Source: Monocercomonoides exilis PA203 (lineage: Eukaryota; Protista; Preaxostyla). Taken from it: a stretch of 64,000 nucleotides of DNA. The DNA lies in assembly GCA_001643675.2 (NCBI GenBank), contig LSRY02000045.1:496001-560000 (forward strand), read 5' to 3'. The notes beneath the pieces were generated by a model that saw only the letters and a list, made by a program, of their open reading frames with translations, searched no databases and had not been told where the DNA came from. Shown piece after piece: positions 12,080-22,659 of this stretch (position 1 is its first letter; every line of letters begins with the position of its first letter). Both the position numbers and the translations under genes were made by a program.

Positions 12080-12484
12080 ATGTTTGCATTAGTCTTAGCT
12101 ATCTTGTCAAACGCACTTTGCATTAATGTCAAAGATTGCGGAAATGGAAGAAACATTGTTCATCTTGATGCATTTTCAGTTAAGCCAGATCCAATTCAAA
12201 AGAAGCAAAATGTGACTTACAACGTCACTTACACATTCAAGCAACAATTGACTTCAGCAACGTGCCAGGCTGTTGTTAAGAAAGGAGCCATTCCGTTATT
12301 CCGAAAGACAATTAACATTTGCGAGAACATTCAATGCCCAATTGATGCAAAAACATACAACCAACATGGATCAATTGCACTTCCTTCAATTGTACCAACT
12401 GGCTCTTTCAATGCAGAAATTCACTGCAATGATGCCAACAAGAAAGAGATCATTTGCTTCTCTGGGAGCGTTACAATTAAATAA
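12080..12484 (+). CDS. ML-domain (MD-2/NPC2-like) lipid-binding protein, secreted or lysosomal
   Basis: 134 aa, with signal peptide 'MFALVLAILSNALC', 'VKDCG', 'VKPDPIQK', 'NICENIQCPI', 'LPSIVPTGSF' and C-terminal 'EIICF', the ML-domain Cys pattern. Confidence 0.85.
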   Translation: MFALVLAILSNALCINVKDCGNGRNIVHLDAFSVKPDPIQKKQNVTYNVTYTFKQQLTSATCQAVVKKGAIPLFRKTINICENIQCPIDAKTYNQHGSIALPSIVPTGSFNAEIHCNDANKKEIICFSGSVTIK

Positions 12485-12815
12485 GGAAATTTTTCTTATT
12501 TATACTCTAAAAATCCCGAATTGCTCATTATTTTTATTTAACTTTTCCTTACAGCTTTTTAATTGATGTTGTTAATTTTTTTTTAATATTGTCACATAAT
12601 TTTTCAAAACAGTCCTGAAAGTTGTGACGGAGTTGCTAAAATAAGAAATACAAAAAATTGAAAATTTTGTTTTTTAAATATTCACCAAAAATGATTAATT
12701 TAAGTGATTGAAAAAATAAAATAATTACTCTAAATTTTCACAAGAATGAACAGTTGAAAAATAAACAGAAACACAAGAATTTTTATCCATTTCAGAGGAA
12801 CCAAGTGAAAAAATG

Positions 12816-14118
12816 TTATTTTTTCTTGAATACAACTTCAGAGATATCTGGAGTCGATGAAAGTGGTTTGTAATCTTCGTCAACTTTGAATCCCATCTCA
12901 ATCCTCTCTTCCCTGCTTTCCCACACAGTTTCATGCTCGCTTCCCATCATCTGGCATGTGACGCAACAATAATGAGGTTGAAAAGAGCCACATCCACATA
13001 TTTTGCAATGATGAGATGGATCAGGGCTATGTTGCTGATTATATTTAAAAAATAAGGAAGAAAGAAAAAAAAAAGCACATTTTTATAAACTGAAATAACA
13101 GAAAATATAAAGAATCAGACTTCGTGTGTGTGATTGCATTTGCATTTTGGTCTCCATTCAAGTACATTGAAATCTTTTCTTCTGGGAAGGTGCCAATCTC
13201 CAACCTCTTTATTGTCAAACAAATGAATTTTCAAAAGAATAAAAGAAATGCACATATCAATAGAAGCAAATAAACCGAATCAAATATAAATCAACAAAAT
13301 AAAAAATGAGCAGCAATTACAAGTTGGTGGTAATTTCAAAATATTCAAAGTTTCATAATTTATACCTTCTGGTCTCATTGGAACAAATTCAAATCTTCTA
13401 CATGTGCAATTCTTGCATCTTGTTGTTGGCCTTCTTTTGTCCAACGGATTAATTTCATGCTCATCCATTTTATGGCCGCAAAAGCATCTGCAACTCGGTC
13501 CAATACGTGCACAAAAATCCAGGAAATGAACGCTGTCGGCAGATGGATAATCCAGCGAAAATTCTGAATCGCTTTTAAACGAAGAATGAACGTCTCTCGG
13601 AGTTATAGCAGATGAAGGTTTTGGAAATGGGGTTGAAGATGTAATTTGAGTGGGTCCATCCATGCGCGATGAAAATGATTGATGATGTGATGTTTCCGCC
13701 TTTAGAGAGTCAGATGAAAAAATTGATGGTGCTGACCTTTCGGAAAATCTTCTTTCTCTTTCAGCTTCATCTTTAGCCCTCTGTACAGCTTTTTCGCATC
13801 TCCAAATTCCGTAAATTCCAGTTTTAATTGACCACTCAGCAGCTTCCATTTCACGATCCATCAAAAATCTTGCCCCTGGAGCGGGTCCGTATTGTTCAAC
13901 AGCTTCACGAATTCCAATACTTCCTTTGGAGAAAAAGCTTTCAATTACCTAAAATTGAAAAGAGAATTGAATTTAATCAAACCAGGAGCTCGCATGTTCG
14001 ATATTATCACTGGCTGTCCTCTTGAAGTTGCTTTTTTCGAAGACGAATGCACTACAGCCAAGTGCCCTCTTGAAATTCCAACTTTAGGCTTTGGGACCAT
14101 TTTTTTCGGAAAGGACAT
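12816..14118 (-). CDS. FAM221 (DUF4475)-like Cys/His-rich protein, spliced
   Basis: Exons give 'GIYGIWRC...DFCARIGPSCRCFCGH...CKNCTCRRFEFVPMRPE|EVGDWHLPRRKDFNVLEWRPKCKCNHTHE|QHSPDPSHHCKICGCGSFQPHYCCVTC...HETVWES'. GT-AG introns at 13365-13207 and 13120-13035. The first intron ends at 13949 but its donor is uncertain. Confidence 0.75.
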
Positions 14119-15780
14119 AACAAATTACAAAATAATTTTTGTTCAATTTTTCAATATTTATAATGGTTAAAAATGTTGAGTTTTTTGTCAACTTCAAATG
14201 TGAAATATAATTGAAAAAAATATGGGGAAATATGTGGTGAATAGTTGTTTACATTTATCGTTCAATGAAATACTTGTTTTATTTAGAATAATATTGATTT
14301 TCAAAAAAATATTAGAAAAAACAAGTTGCAAGAAAATTATTCCGAGAAAAATAAATAATGTTTTAATTTTAATTTTATAAGGTCGCAAATGTTAATTTCA
14401 AAAATTCAATGAAATTTGAGATTTTTTTTATTTCTTCTTTCAATCATGCGAATAAATCAACAGATTGCGCATCAATTGTTGAACATCGCAAAAAACACAG
14501 AACTTGAACGTTTTCTCACAAACTGCATGCGGAATTATTCTTATGATTTTCATCCAACTTCACATTATTTATTTGCACTCTTTTGGTAAATCAGACTCTC
14601 ATTTTCTTGTGAACAAAACACTGTTAAAAGTAATTTTTAAAATTTTAGAGTTATGAGATTTTGAGTTTTCCAGAGATTAAAACAATATTTTTTTTTCATG
14701 AACAAATGAAGATGTTTTGAAAGTTATGTTCGTCAAATTTATTTGTATTGATAAGATATGGTTTGCGGAAAATGAGTCAGATTTTTTTTTTTTCGAGAGG
14801 AGTTATCGAGAAATCGATCATGCCCGGAATTTTGTGCGCCGTCTGTAACCCTCTAACAAACTGATGTTTTGGAAAATTTCCAATAAGAGATGAAATACAT
14901 TAGAGTCAAATTTTGGTAATCCGTTGTATAAATTCAAAAAAAAAAAGGTGGAAAGTTTCAATGGATATGAAGTTTTTACATTTTGAATTTATGGAAGAAA
15001 AATATTAATCAGTTGAAAATCAATTTAGTTAATTAAAACTATTAGAATATTGTTTATTTATCAATTTTATATTTGGAATAAAAAAGTGAAGTTATTAATG
15101 AAATAACTGTGTTTGTTGTTAAAAAGGAAATATCTTTTTCTTTTAAAATATAACATTTGTTTAAAAATCTTTAATAAATCATTCAAAATATAAATATTGA
15201 AGAGATGAATTCGATTGTCATAGAGACAAGAAATGTTCAAATATGAAACAATCTCTTAATGAGAATCTTCAGAAAGAAAAAAGATTATTTATGAAAATAA
15301 CTATTTCAAATGCGTGAATTTGATGAATTACACATATTTTGGAAATTAGAGATGACAAAAGTTTGGATTTCTTGAACAATTGCTAAAATAGCAAAATAAA
15401 TAAACTCTCAAAAAATTTTTTGCATTTTTAAAAATTCCAATATTTAGATAATATTTTTATCTCAACTCAGATAAAAATTACTGAATAAAATGAATAATCA
15501 TTTTTGGAATCATAACTTTTGATTTTCATCATTTTCAAAATGCTGCAAAAAGTTTGAAATAGAATTTTTTTATTTGAAAAATGAGAAAAGAATCACTCTT
15601 GTTTCTTTATTCAATGTTTGGAACGAACATATGACAAAGTTGTTTGAAAATAGCTTTTCCACTTTTCAGTGTTCAGAAAATTATAATCTTCTCAAATTAG
15701 TGAAACAAAATTATTTATGCAGATAGTTATATGATTTCAAAAATAATCACATAAATTAATTGATTAATAGAAAAAATATA

Positions 15781-16097
15781 CAGATATCGCATGAAATACC
15801 GGACATCGCACAAAATACCGGACAAGATCGAATTCACAATAACTGTAAGAGGAATAATTCTGACAATTTTCCTCAAAACACATCTCATCAATACAAACTC
15901 ACGTGACATACAAGACTTTCAGGACAGCTTCATTTGTTCTCAGAATAATATATTCTGAAAATCTCGGAGAAACTCAAAATCCTATTTCTCCGAGATTTTC
16001 AGAATATATTATTCTGAGAAAATTGTGAAAGTCTTCCTTTGAATTGAGGAAATTGTCCGGTATTTTGTGCGATGTCCTGTATTTTATGCGATATCTG
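15781..16097. mobile_element. MITE-1: 317-bp non-autonomous element with ~45-bp TIRs and flanking TA (Tc1/mariner-type), containing an internal 36-bp hairpin
   Basis: TA|cagatatcgcatgaaataccggacatcgcacaaaataccggacaa ... ttgtccggtattttgtgcgatgtcctgtattttatgcgatatctg|TA. Internal stem at 15937-15972/15985-16020. Confidence 0.8.
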
Positions 16098-16682
16098 TAA
16101 CTCAAACAAAAATATCGCACTTTAAAAAAAACACTTATAATTTGCAAAATAAAACTTCATAATTGAATTTTGTAAACTTTTGAATTAATCACATCATGTC
16201 ATATTTATTTTCTTTCATTTTTTCCTCTTCTTTTTTTATTTTTTTCCTTCCTTTTCTTTTTTCTAATTTCTTTTTTGATAGAAATTGTATTTTTGAAAAT
16301 TTCAGTTTTTGATATCTGGAAACAATTTATTGATATGTTTATCAATGTTAACGAAACTGTTTAATTTATCTTCAATACAAAATATTAATATTTTCCCTTT
16401 TAATTAGCAATTCTGATAATTTTTCATTTTCGTCAAACTGTTTGCTGGATAAAAAAAAGTGTTCATTTTGGAAAAATCATTGCCACAGAGATGTCTGAAG
16501 AATCATTAATAAAAACACAGATGCCAATAATAAAAAAATATGCTAGAACGTTTTTATAAGGCAGTTAGAAAATAAATAATAAACATTTGAATTTTTTGTT
16601 GCTATTTTCATAAACTCAGAATAATTATGAGCATAACGCTCAATAAAAATCATTTTTGGTATAATTTGTTAAAAAACAGATA

Positions 16683-17039
16683 TAGTCATGGACAAAACCA
16701 GGGAAAGGGACAAAACCCGGGAATGTCCAATCAATTGAGGAGTTTTTCAACAATTGGCTCTTCTTCCTGATTTCTTTATTAAGAATTAACAGAATTTTAT
16801 ATTTGTTTGTAAAAAAACGCTCAAACAATGTTATTAAATAAGTTTTTCTTAATAAGTTTACTTTATGATCCTTACATTCAATTTTAAAAATTTTGAAATT
16901 TCATATTTTCAAAAAAAGATATCATTGAATAATTGAAGAGCAATAGGAAAGTATTTGTTATTTTCAATATCAATTTCATTTATTCACTTTTTCATTTTTG
17001 CGTTTTTCATTAGACATTCTCGGGTTTTGTCCATGACTA
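16683..17039. mobile_element. MITE-2: 357-bp TIR element with TA target-site duplication
   Basis: caga TA[tagtcatggacaaaacc...gggttttgtccatgacta]TA tttgaattc. Paralogous empty sites read 'cagaTAtttgaatt' at ~2939-2952 and, on the reverse strand, ~62052-62065. Confidence 0.88.
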
Positions 17040-17297
17040 TATTTGAATTCATTCATAATTTATGATGAAATAGTTGTTTTTAGTTGTATTTTTTCATTAA
17101 TTCCGTTTTTACGTGCCTCTTCAAAATTTTTATCAACAAATCATATTCATAAAAAAATAACCTTTTTCGTAAAGCATACGTATGCTCAATGCAAAATAAT
17201 TCTTTATTGCTTGTCATTTCAACAAAAAAAGTTAACAAAAAGTTAATCTCAGAATTTCAATTATTTTCCCTCTCTCTTCAGTCAGTGTGCCATGAAC

Positions 17298-19058
17298 TCA
17301 AAATAAAATAAATAAATAATAATTTTCTCCTGATGGCAATCCTGTTGATGATGGCTCAGAAAATAGAGGTTGGCTCACTTTCATGTTTTCTATCTCCACA
17401 TCAATCGTCTTCAACTGCCTCAAAACCACTTCAAACACACACTTCGTCATTCCACTCCCTCCTGATGTGGAAGAATTAATCACCACATCCTCCAGCGAAA
17501 GTGTCCCGCTCCCCAGTGACACCACAAACACACTCGGCGATGGGCTTCTTGCTGCGTTGTGATCGATCCCCACATGACCCACCTCCAGTTGGCCAGAAGA
17601 TAAGCTGAACAGCGTTGTTGAAGAGGTCGAAAGAGAATTCGTCCCAATCACACTCACTGTCTTCCCTTTCCCAACAACTGAAATCTTCTTTTCCCCAACA
17701 CTGATTGTTGTCCCTTCACTCACATGCTTCCCACCCAGCAACGTGATTGTCGAGCTCAGCTGCGCCATGCTCGAACTCACTGCATGCCCCACTGTCTTGC
17801 AAGGTGCTGCCTCACTCATCCCACACAAATTGCTCGAATCATCCCCACCCACCCCAACATAAATTGTTTTGTCCTTCAGCCAATCCTTCTTTTCTGTGTG
17901 CTGATATTTCCAACTGCTTGATTGCAAATAAGCATAGCACACTCTCTTCTCATCACTATTCGTTGTATACGATTCGTGGAATGGGTTGCTCGATGAGAAC
18001 AGATTGTATCGATCTTCCAAATACACATCGTGGCCATATGGAGTGGAAGTGGTTGTGCATCTGCAATCATGGAAGAAGAAGAAATAGCAATAAATGTTGT
18101 TGCTTGGAGCTGTTGATTGACTTGGAGCAAAACACAATCCTCCGCCATATGACACTGCTGAACACGAAATGAACTGGAGGCTCCTCATTTTGAATGCAGC
18201 CGGAACATTAACACAATACATCCCTCCGCCACTTGAACCTGTAAGAGAACACGAAGTGAATGAGCACTCAAACACACAAGCACTCTCTCCATTGCCGTTT
18301 TCTGTTCCAATACAATTGGATCCAGAAACATTAAAATTTTCGAGATAAAGCCCTCCTCCATAGTAATTTGCTTTGCATTTCTGGAACTCGCACCCACTGA
18401 TCCTGACACATGACGAAATTGATAGAGCATATATCCCTCCTCCGTAGCAATTTTTTGCTGTACAAGCATTGAATGAGTTGTTCTCAATCTTGACTGAATT
18501 GATTGAATAGCACATAATCCCTCCACCACACCAATGCGCATAGCAGTCATTGAACGAACAAAACTTCACTGAAAGTGTTCCTGATGTCTTGCTATACATG
18601 TTTATAGCTCCTCCACTCGAAACTCCATCTGAAACAGAATTTTGATTTCCAGTTGTATTTGACCCATTCCACACACACCAAGTGAACGAATTCGCCCCAT
18701 TGTCTGTGATCTGCTGTCTCGCTGGTTTCGAAGGATTCCCTTCACTCCCGCTGACTGCAACATTCTGTGATCGATAGCACCTGGCAAATGAGGTGTTTGA
18801 GGCAGCCAAGGAAGATGAGGGGCTGTTCAGCGAGGGGACAATGCCCCCGTCATAAACATCCCACACCGATGAAAACGAGCATCCATTCATCAGAAACGAG
18901 GTTTGGCCCAACCCTTCACCCAGATGTGTTGTTTTCTGTGGATTTGTGGAGATGTTGAAGAAGGTCAGCTGGGTGAGTGTCACAAGGGGTGTCAGGGGAG
19001 GTGCCAGAAACGGGGCTGAAGACACACAAAAAGATGAGAAACGAGTCTCACTCACCAA
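17298..19058 (-). CDS. Beta-helix family protein, copy C (586-aa frame; no ATG start or signal peptide, 5'-truncated)
   Basis: Family scaffold; the frame begins at TTG directly at 'VSETRFSSFCVSSAP'. Mirror of copy F. Confidence 0.65.
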   Translation of the reverse strand: MVSETRFSSFCVSSAPFLAPPLTPLVTLTQLTFFNISTNPQKTTHLGEGLGQTSFLMNGCSFSSVWDVYDGGIVPSLNSPSSSLAASNTSFARCYRSQNVAVSGSEGNPSKPARQQITDNGANSFTWCVWNGSNTTGNQNSVSDGVSSGGAINMYSKTSGTLSVKFCSFNDCYAHWCGGGIMCYSINSVKIENNSFNACTAKNCYGGGIYALSISSCVRISGCEFQKCKANYYGGGLYLENFNVSGSNCIGTENGNGESACVFECSFTSCSLTGSSGGGMYCVNVPAAFKMRSLQFISCSAVSYGGGLCFAPSQSTAPSNNIYCYFFFFHDCRCTTTSTPYGHDVYLEDRYNLFSSSNPFHESYTTNSDEKRVCYAYLQSSSWKYQHTEKKDWLKDKTIYVGVGGDDSSNLCGMSEAAPCKTVGHAVSSSMAQLSSTITLLGGKHVSEGTTISVGEKKISVVGKGKTVSVIGTNSLSTSSTTLFSLSSGQLEVGHVGIDHNAARSPSPSVFVVSLGSGTLSLEDVVINSSTSGGSGMTKCVFEVVLRQLKTIDVEIENMKVSQPLFSEPSSTGLPSGENYYLFILF

Positions 19059-19754
19059 AAATCTTCTTCATCATCTTCCTTTTTTCCTCAAGTCATATTT
19101 CCCATTCATTTCCTTCTTTCAGTTCTTCTTCAAATATCCCTCAAAGCATTCACTTAAAATCCTTCTTATTTCCCTTCTTTCGTTTTCAATCAAATCATCT
19201 TTTTCAGTCTAATTTCTTATAAACATCTTCTTCTTCTTCTTCTCAATTTTTAGTCGAATCTCTTCTTTTGCCATGTCAACATTTTTCCGATATCTTTCTT
19301 TTCTTTTTATTAGATTCGTCCGATACGCCTTCTAAAACCTTCAAAATAATTATCTTCATTTCCTTTCCTTTCATTTGTATTTCACACCCGCTCACTCCAC
19401 CAAACGCCCCTTCATATTATCTCCTTATTTCTTTTATCCATTCAATATCCTCTCTTTCCATATTCCTTGTTCATCCATTGTCATTGAACATTCTTGCAAA
19501 AATCCTAGTTTCATTAAAAAAAATAATATATGAAAAATCGTAATAAAAAAAGCAAACCTATGCCTGTTACAATGATCGCTCTTCACTGACTTTATTCTTT
19601 CTTCTCCTCCAAATATCGTTCCTTTCTTCCATAAATCCCATCTTTCCTGCCTTCGCTTCATCTCTGCTCCCAAAAATCGTTTATTCCCAATCCTTGGTAC
19701 TGCTTCCACTCAAATAATCTCCACAAACTCCATTCTTAAAAAAAAAAAAATTGA

Positions 19755-19937
19755 CGAGGACGAGGACGAAAAAGAGGAAGAGGAAGAGGAAGAGGAAGAG
19801 GAAGAGGAAGAGGAAGAGGAAGAGGAAGAGGAAGAGGAAGAGGAAGAGGAAGAGGAAGAGGAAGAAGAAGAAGAGGAAGAAGAAGAAGAGGAAGAAGAAG
19901 AAGAAGAGGAGGAAGAAGAAGAAGAGGAAGAAGAAGA
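19755..19937 (+). repeat. Purine microsatellite (GAGGAA)n/(GAA)n; mirrored at 30810-30992
   Basis: Direct reading of the sequence. Confidence 0.95.
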
Positions 19938-20109
19938 ATAAGTTGTTGAATGCAACGAAGGTGATGACCCGATGAAAACGATGCAGCTGAAAATGAAGAC
20001 GAAAAACATGGAGAAGACGGAGAAGATGGAGAAGAAAACGAAAGCTAAGAAAAACAAAAACCATGTCGAATATAAGGGAGAATAAGACAATGAAGACGAT
20101 TTTATCGAG

Positions 20110-22330
20110 ATTTCATATGAAAGATAATTTTTGTTGGAATTATCCTCAACATAACAACCTCGTTCTCTGCTCCAGCTGCAAATCCTTCGATGACACAAGG
20201 CTGAAGACAAAGATCAAATGATCCAAGTCCATTTTGTCTGTTATCCACCTCCAGCTGCCTGTATTACGCCAAACTGTCTGTTTTTCTCGTATATTTGGTT
20301 CAAAAGCCAATCAATCAAATGCTGTTCCATCGCTCCCCCGGTCCACAAAGTCAATGTCTTGCCTTTCTCATCCCAAGAAATGCGCCTTGTTCTGTCCCAA
20401 TCGATTTCAATCTCCTGTTTCAGTTATTTGCCCCAATCTCTCCAACAAACTTAAAAATGAAAATGTCCTCTTCCTCTTTTTAAAAACGCTCCCTTTTCAT
20501 TGAATTTGGCTGTTCTTCCTTTTTGTCTTGAATATCTTCCAACCCCGTTGATTTCCGCTCCATCAGAATTCATTCTTCATCGAATTTCTATCCATCGCGC
20601 ATGCCGAATCAAAAATGAGTGAAATAAATGTTTATGTTAAAATGCATTCATGCTCTAATATATTTGTAAAGAAATATTTAGCTCTCTTCTTCGCTGTTCT
20701 GCTCTGTTTAGCACAAATCATCCATTTTTTAAAAATCGTCTGAATCACGACTTTGGAGAGGATACGGATGGAAATATCTTCACAATCAATTGGACAACAA
20801 AAAATACATACATCAAAATTTTCTCGTTTCCATCGAAAATGTTGTTGCTCCACAGCATTCCATCAATCAAAATGAACAATTTCGTCTTCTATCAATAAAA
20901 AAAGAGATGTTGTTGTTGCTTTTTCATCACTAGAAATAATTCATTTAGCCTAGCTGCATTTTTGGTCACATGTAATTTTCATTCCGCTGGAAGTTCTTGA
21001 GCATTTGGCTAAACTTGATCATTTTCCATAACGAATAAGAGTCACACAAGAAAAGGGGCACAACTCGATGTGTCGTGGCTGAATGGGCATATGAAGACAA
21101 TGTGGTTGTAAAAGGATGAATTTGTGGAACAGGGTGATGGATTTGTTCAATTGAGAATAAACATGGTTTTGGAGGGAAAATGGAACGATAAAAGAATATT
21201 TTTGGGGGGAGAAAGAGGTGTTTTTGTGAGATTTAAGAAGCAAAATGGATGTGCAGGGGATGGACAAAGATAAGGTTGGGAGGGGTAGTTTTTGAGATTT
21301 TTGTCATTGGGAAGGTGTTTAGACCGTGTTTATTGTTGGAGAAATGGAATTTGATGTGGAGGAGATGGGGTGAGGTGAGGGGCTGAGGAGAAGACGATGG
21401 GCGGAGTTAATGGTATATTATTATTGGAGGGGAAGATGAGAGTTGGAAAGGAAATGGAGAGATATGGGGAGAAGATGGAAAAGGGATAATTTTTTTTTAT
21501 GTATCGAGAGAAGGAGGAGGCACATGAGGCAGAGCAAGAGGGAGAATTTTTGCTGATGTACAAGTAGAGGGGGAAATGGAAAGAGGGATGTTTGGGAAGA
21601 GAAGAAGAAAAATGAAAGAAAAAAATTTCATATTTATATATAATTTATTCTGTGAACTGTTAGGCCGCGCCTCTCATTTTCGGGGCAAGGGATGGAGGCC
21701 GAGGTGGAGGAAGACAGGAAGAAGGAACATCGGGCGCAGCACTTTGCATTGGGGGTGTGGGGAAGGATTCGCGACAGGGATGGAGCGAGGTGAGGTGTTT
21801 ACCATGAGAGAGTGTCTAGCAATGGAAAGAGGCAAAATATTGGAGGCATTTATATTTTTGATTGGGAAAAGGATGATGGTGAATGAAATGGAAGAGATGG
21901 AGGATATGTGGCGGAGGGGTGTTGATGTTGTTTTTGGAGAAATGGAAAGAAGAAGAAGGTGATGCAGAAGAAAGGGATGGAAAGGGGCTCTTCTGATGAA
22001 ATCTTCTTCATTGCTAGTTTTTTTAAAAGAATGGAGCTGGCTGAGTTATTTGAGTGGAAGCAGAACAAGAGGTTGGGTTTTGGTTGATTTTTTTTGAGGA
22101 AGCAGAAGGGAAGCGAAGAAGGGGCAGATGGGTTTTGTTGGCAAAACGGAGAAATATTTGGAGGAGGAGAAAATCAGTGAAGAATGATCATTATAAAAGA
22201 TATAGGTTTGCCACTTTTTTCAATGTTCTTTTTCATAAATTATTATTTTTGTTGAAATTAGATTGTTTTGCAGGTATATTTACTGCGAATATATGCCTAT
22301 AGAATATGGAAAGAGAGGATATAAAATGCA
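20110..22330 (+). repeat. Shared 5'-flank cassette (copy D version)
   Basis: Inverse homologue of 6180-8240; mirror of 28415-30635. Confidence 0.85.
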
Positions 22331-22659
22331 TTTAAGAAGTCAGGAAATAATAATTGAAGGGGCGCTTGGAGGAGTGAGGGGGCGTGAAATATAAATGAAA
22401 GGAAAAGAAACGAAGATAATTATTTTGAAGGCTTTGGAAGACATATAGGACGAATCTTGTTAAAAGCAAAAAGAGGGAAACAAAAGTTGATGATGCAGCA
22501 GAAGAAGAAATTTGGCAAATGATCGAGAAGAAAAAGATATTTTTTTTGGAAGTTCGATTGAAAGAGAAAATTTGAATAAGGCGAAGAAAGAAGGGAAGGG
22601 GAAAATCAGAGATATGATTTTTTAGATACATTTGAAGAAAAGTTGGAAAAAGGAAGAAG

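Noticed and set aside
19681-20210. Poly-S, poly-KR and poly-FL ORFs (also 30537-31036)
   Set aside because: Stop-free readings of a purine microsatellite; no evidence of coding.
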